A DNA stretch of 63,539 bases, filler included, from Reclinomonas americana ATCC 50394 (taxonomy: Eukaryota): assembly GCA_048213135.1 (NCBI GenBank). It is 9 parts of 6 records of this genome, joined end to end, with 100 filler letters (N's around TTAATTAATTAA, not from the genome) between each part and the next. Parts side by side here need not be neighbours in the genome. Positions count along the whole stretch, not along the records: positions 62,401 to 63,539 come from PS015264.1; 8 more parts are not named here. One strand, written 5' to 3'. Position 1 is the first letter of the stretch; the number at the start of each line of letters is the position of its first letter. The notes beneath the pieces are model-generated. The model saw only the letters and a list, made by a program, of their open reading frames with translations. It was not told the DNA's origin and did no database searches. The translations under genes and the position numbers were made by a program. Positions 63,025 to 63,539 of this stretch are shown here, piece after piece.

Positions 63025-63539
63025 GCTGCGCAAGGAATGTGATGAGTGGAGGTGGAGAAACGGCGAAGAAGGAGAAGGGAAGGAAGCGAAACTGCAGGCG
63101 GGAGCCCGAGGATTCGGGACTCCAGGCAATGGCTTCGACGCGCGCTTGCAGGGAGAAGGAGGCCGTGAGATTGGATTCGAGGCTATGGGTGGTGCGAGTG
63201 AGGAGGCGGGGGAAAAGGGGGAAGAGAAAGTGAAGAAGGGGAATAAAGCGCAACAGGGAGGCGTCTTCGCTGCTGGTGGGCTCGACGCGGAAGGAGCCGA
63301 TGCGGGAGTCGCCGCCTGGTTGAGGGAAGGGGTGAAGGCAAAGAGTGAGTGAGTGGAGCAGTGGCCGAAGAGCAGAGAGGAGTAGCTTGTAGCAAAACGA
63401 TCCACAGTTAGCAGATCAGAAAAGACCAGAGCAGAACAGCGTCGAAACAGAGCAAAAAGGCGGAGGAGAGCAGGGTCAAAGCAGAGTCGAAGAGCAGCGA
63501 GGAGTAGAGTCAAAAGCAGAGGAGGAGGGGGCGATTCAG

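Overview
Eukaryotic, intron-rich draft DNA from a flagellated protist (a GAS8/DRC4 gene is present); the exact lineage cannot be determined from sequence alone. The window is not one locus. It is nine scaffolds joined by artificial 100-nt N-TTAATTAATTAA-N linkers, with many internal gaps and some read noise. Recognisable genes: NTF2, SOAT/ACAT, a GT61+GT77-like glycosyltransferase, a WKF-domain protein, RPSA, a MORN protein, a C39-like peptidase, GAS8, proteasome alpha4, an MTFR1/PRR11-like protein and an ependymin-related protein. Most unusual: (1) a predicted myristoylated WD40-array + coiled-coil + Pelle/IRAK-type kinase next to a kinase-less paralogue with an in-frame stop; (2) a multi-exon phage-fibre-like protein ending in an S74/ICA autocleaving chaperone domain; (3) a DOCK-C/D scaffold that ends in REM+CDC25 RasGEF instead of DHR-2; (4) very frequent GTTGCG 'shifted-register' 5' splice sites; (5) a chain of 12/6/27/3-nt micro-exons. 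All gene models were spliced by hand and all family calls come from motif recognition, not database searches.
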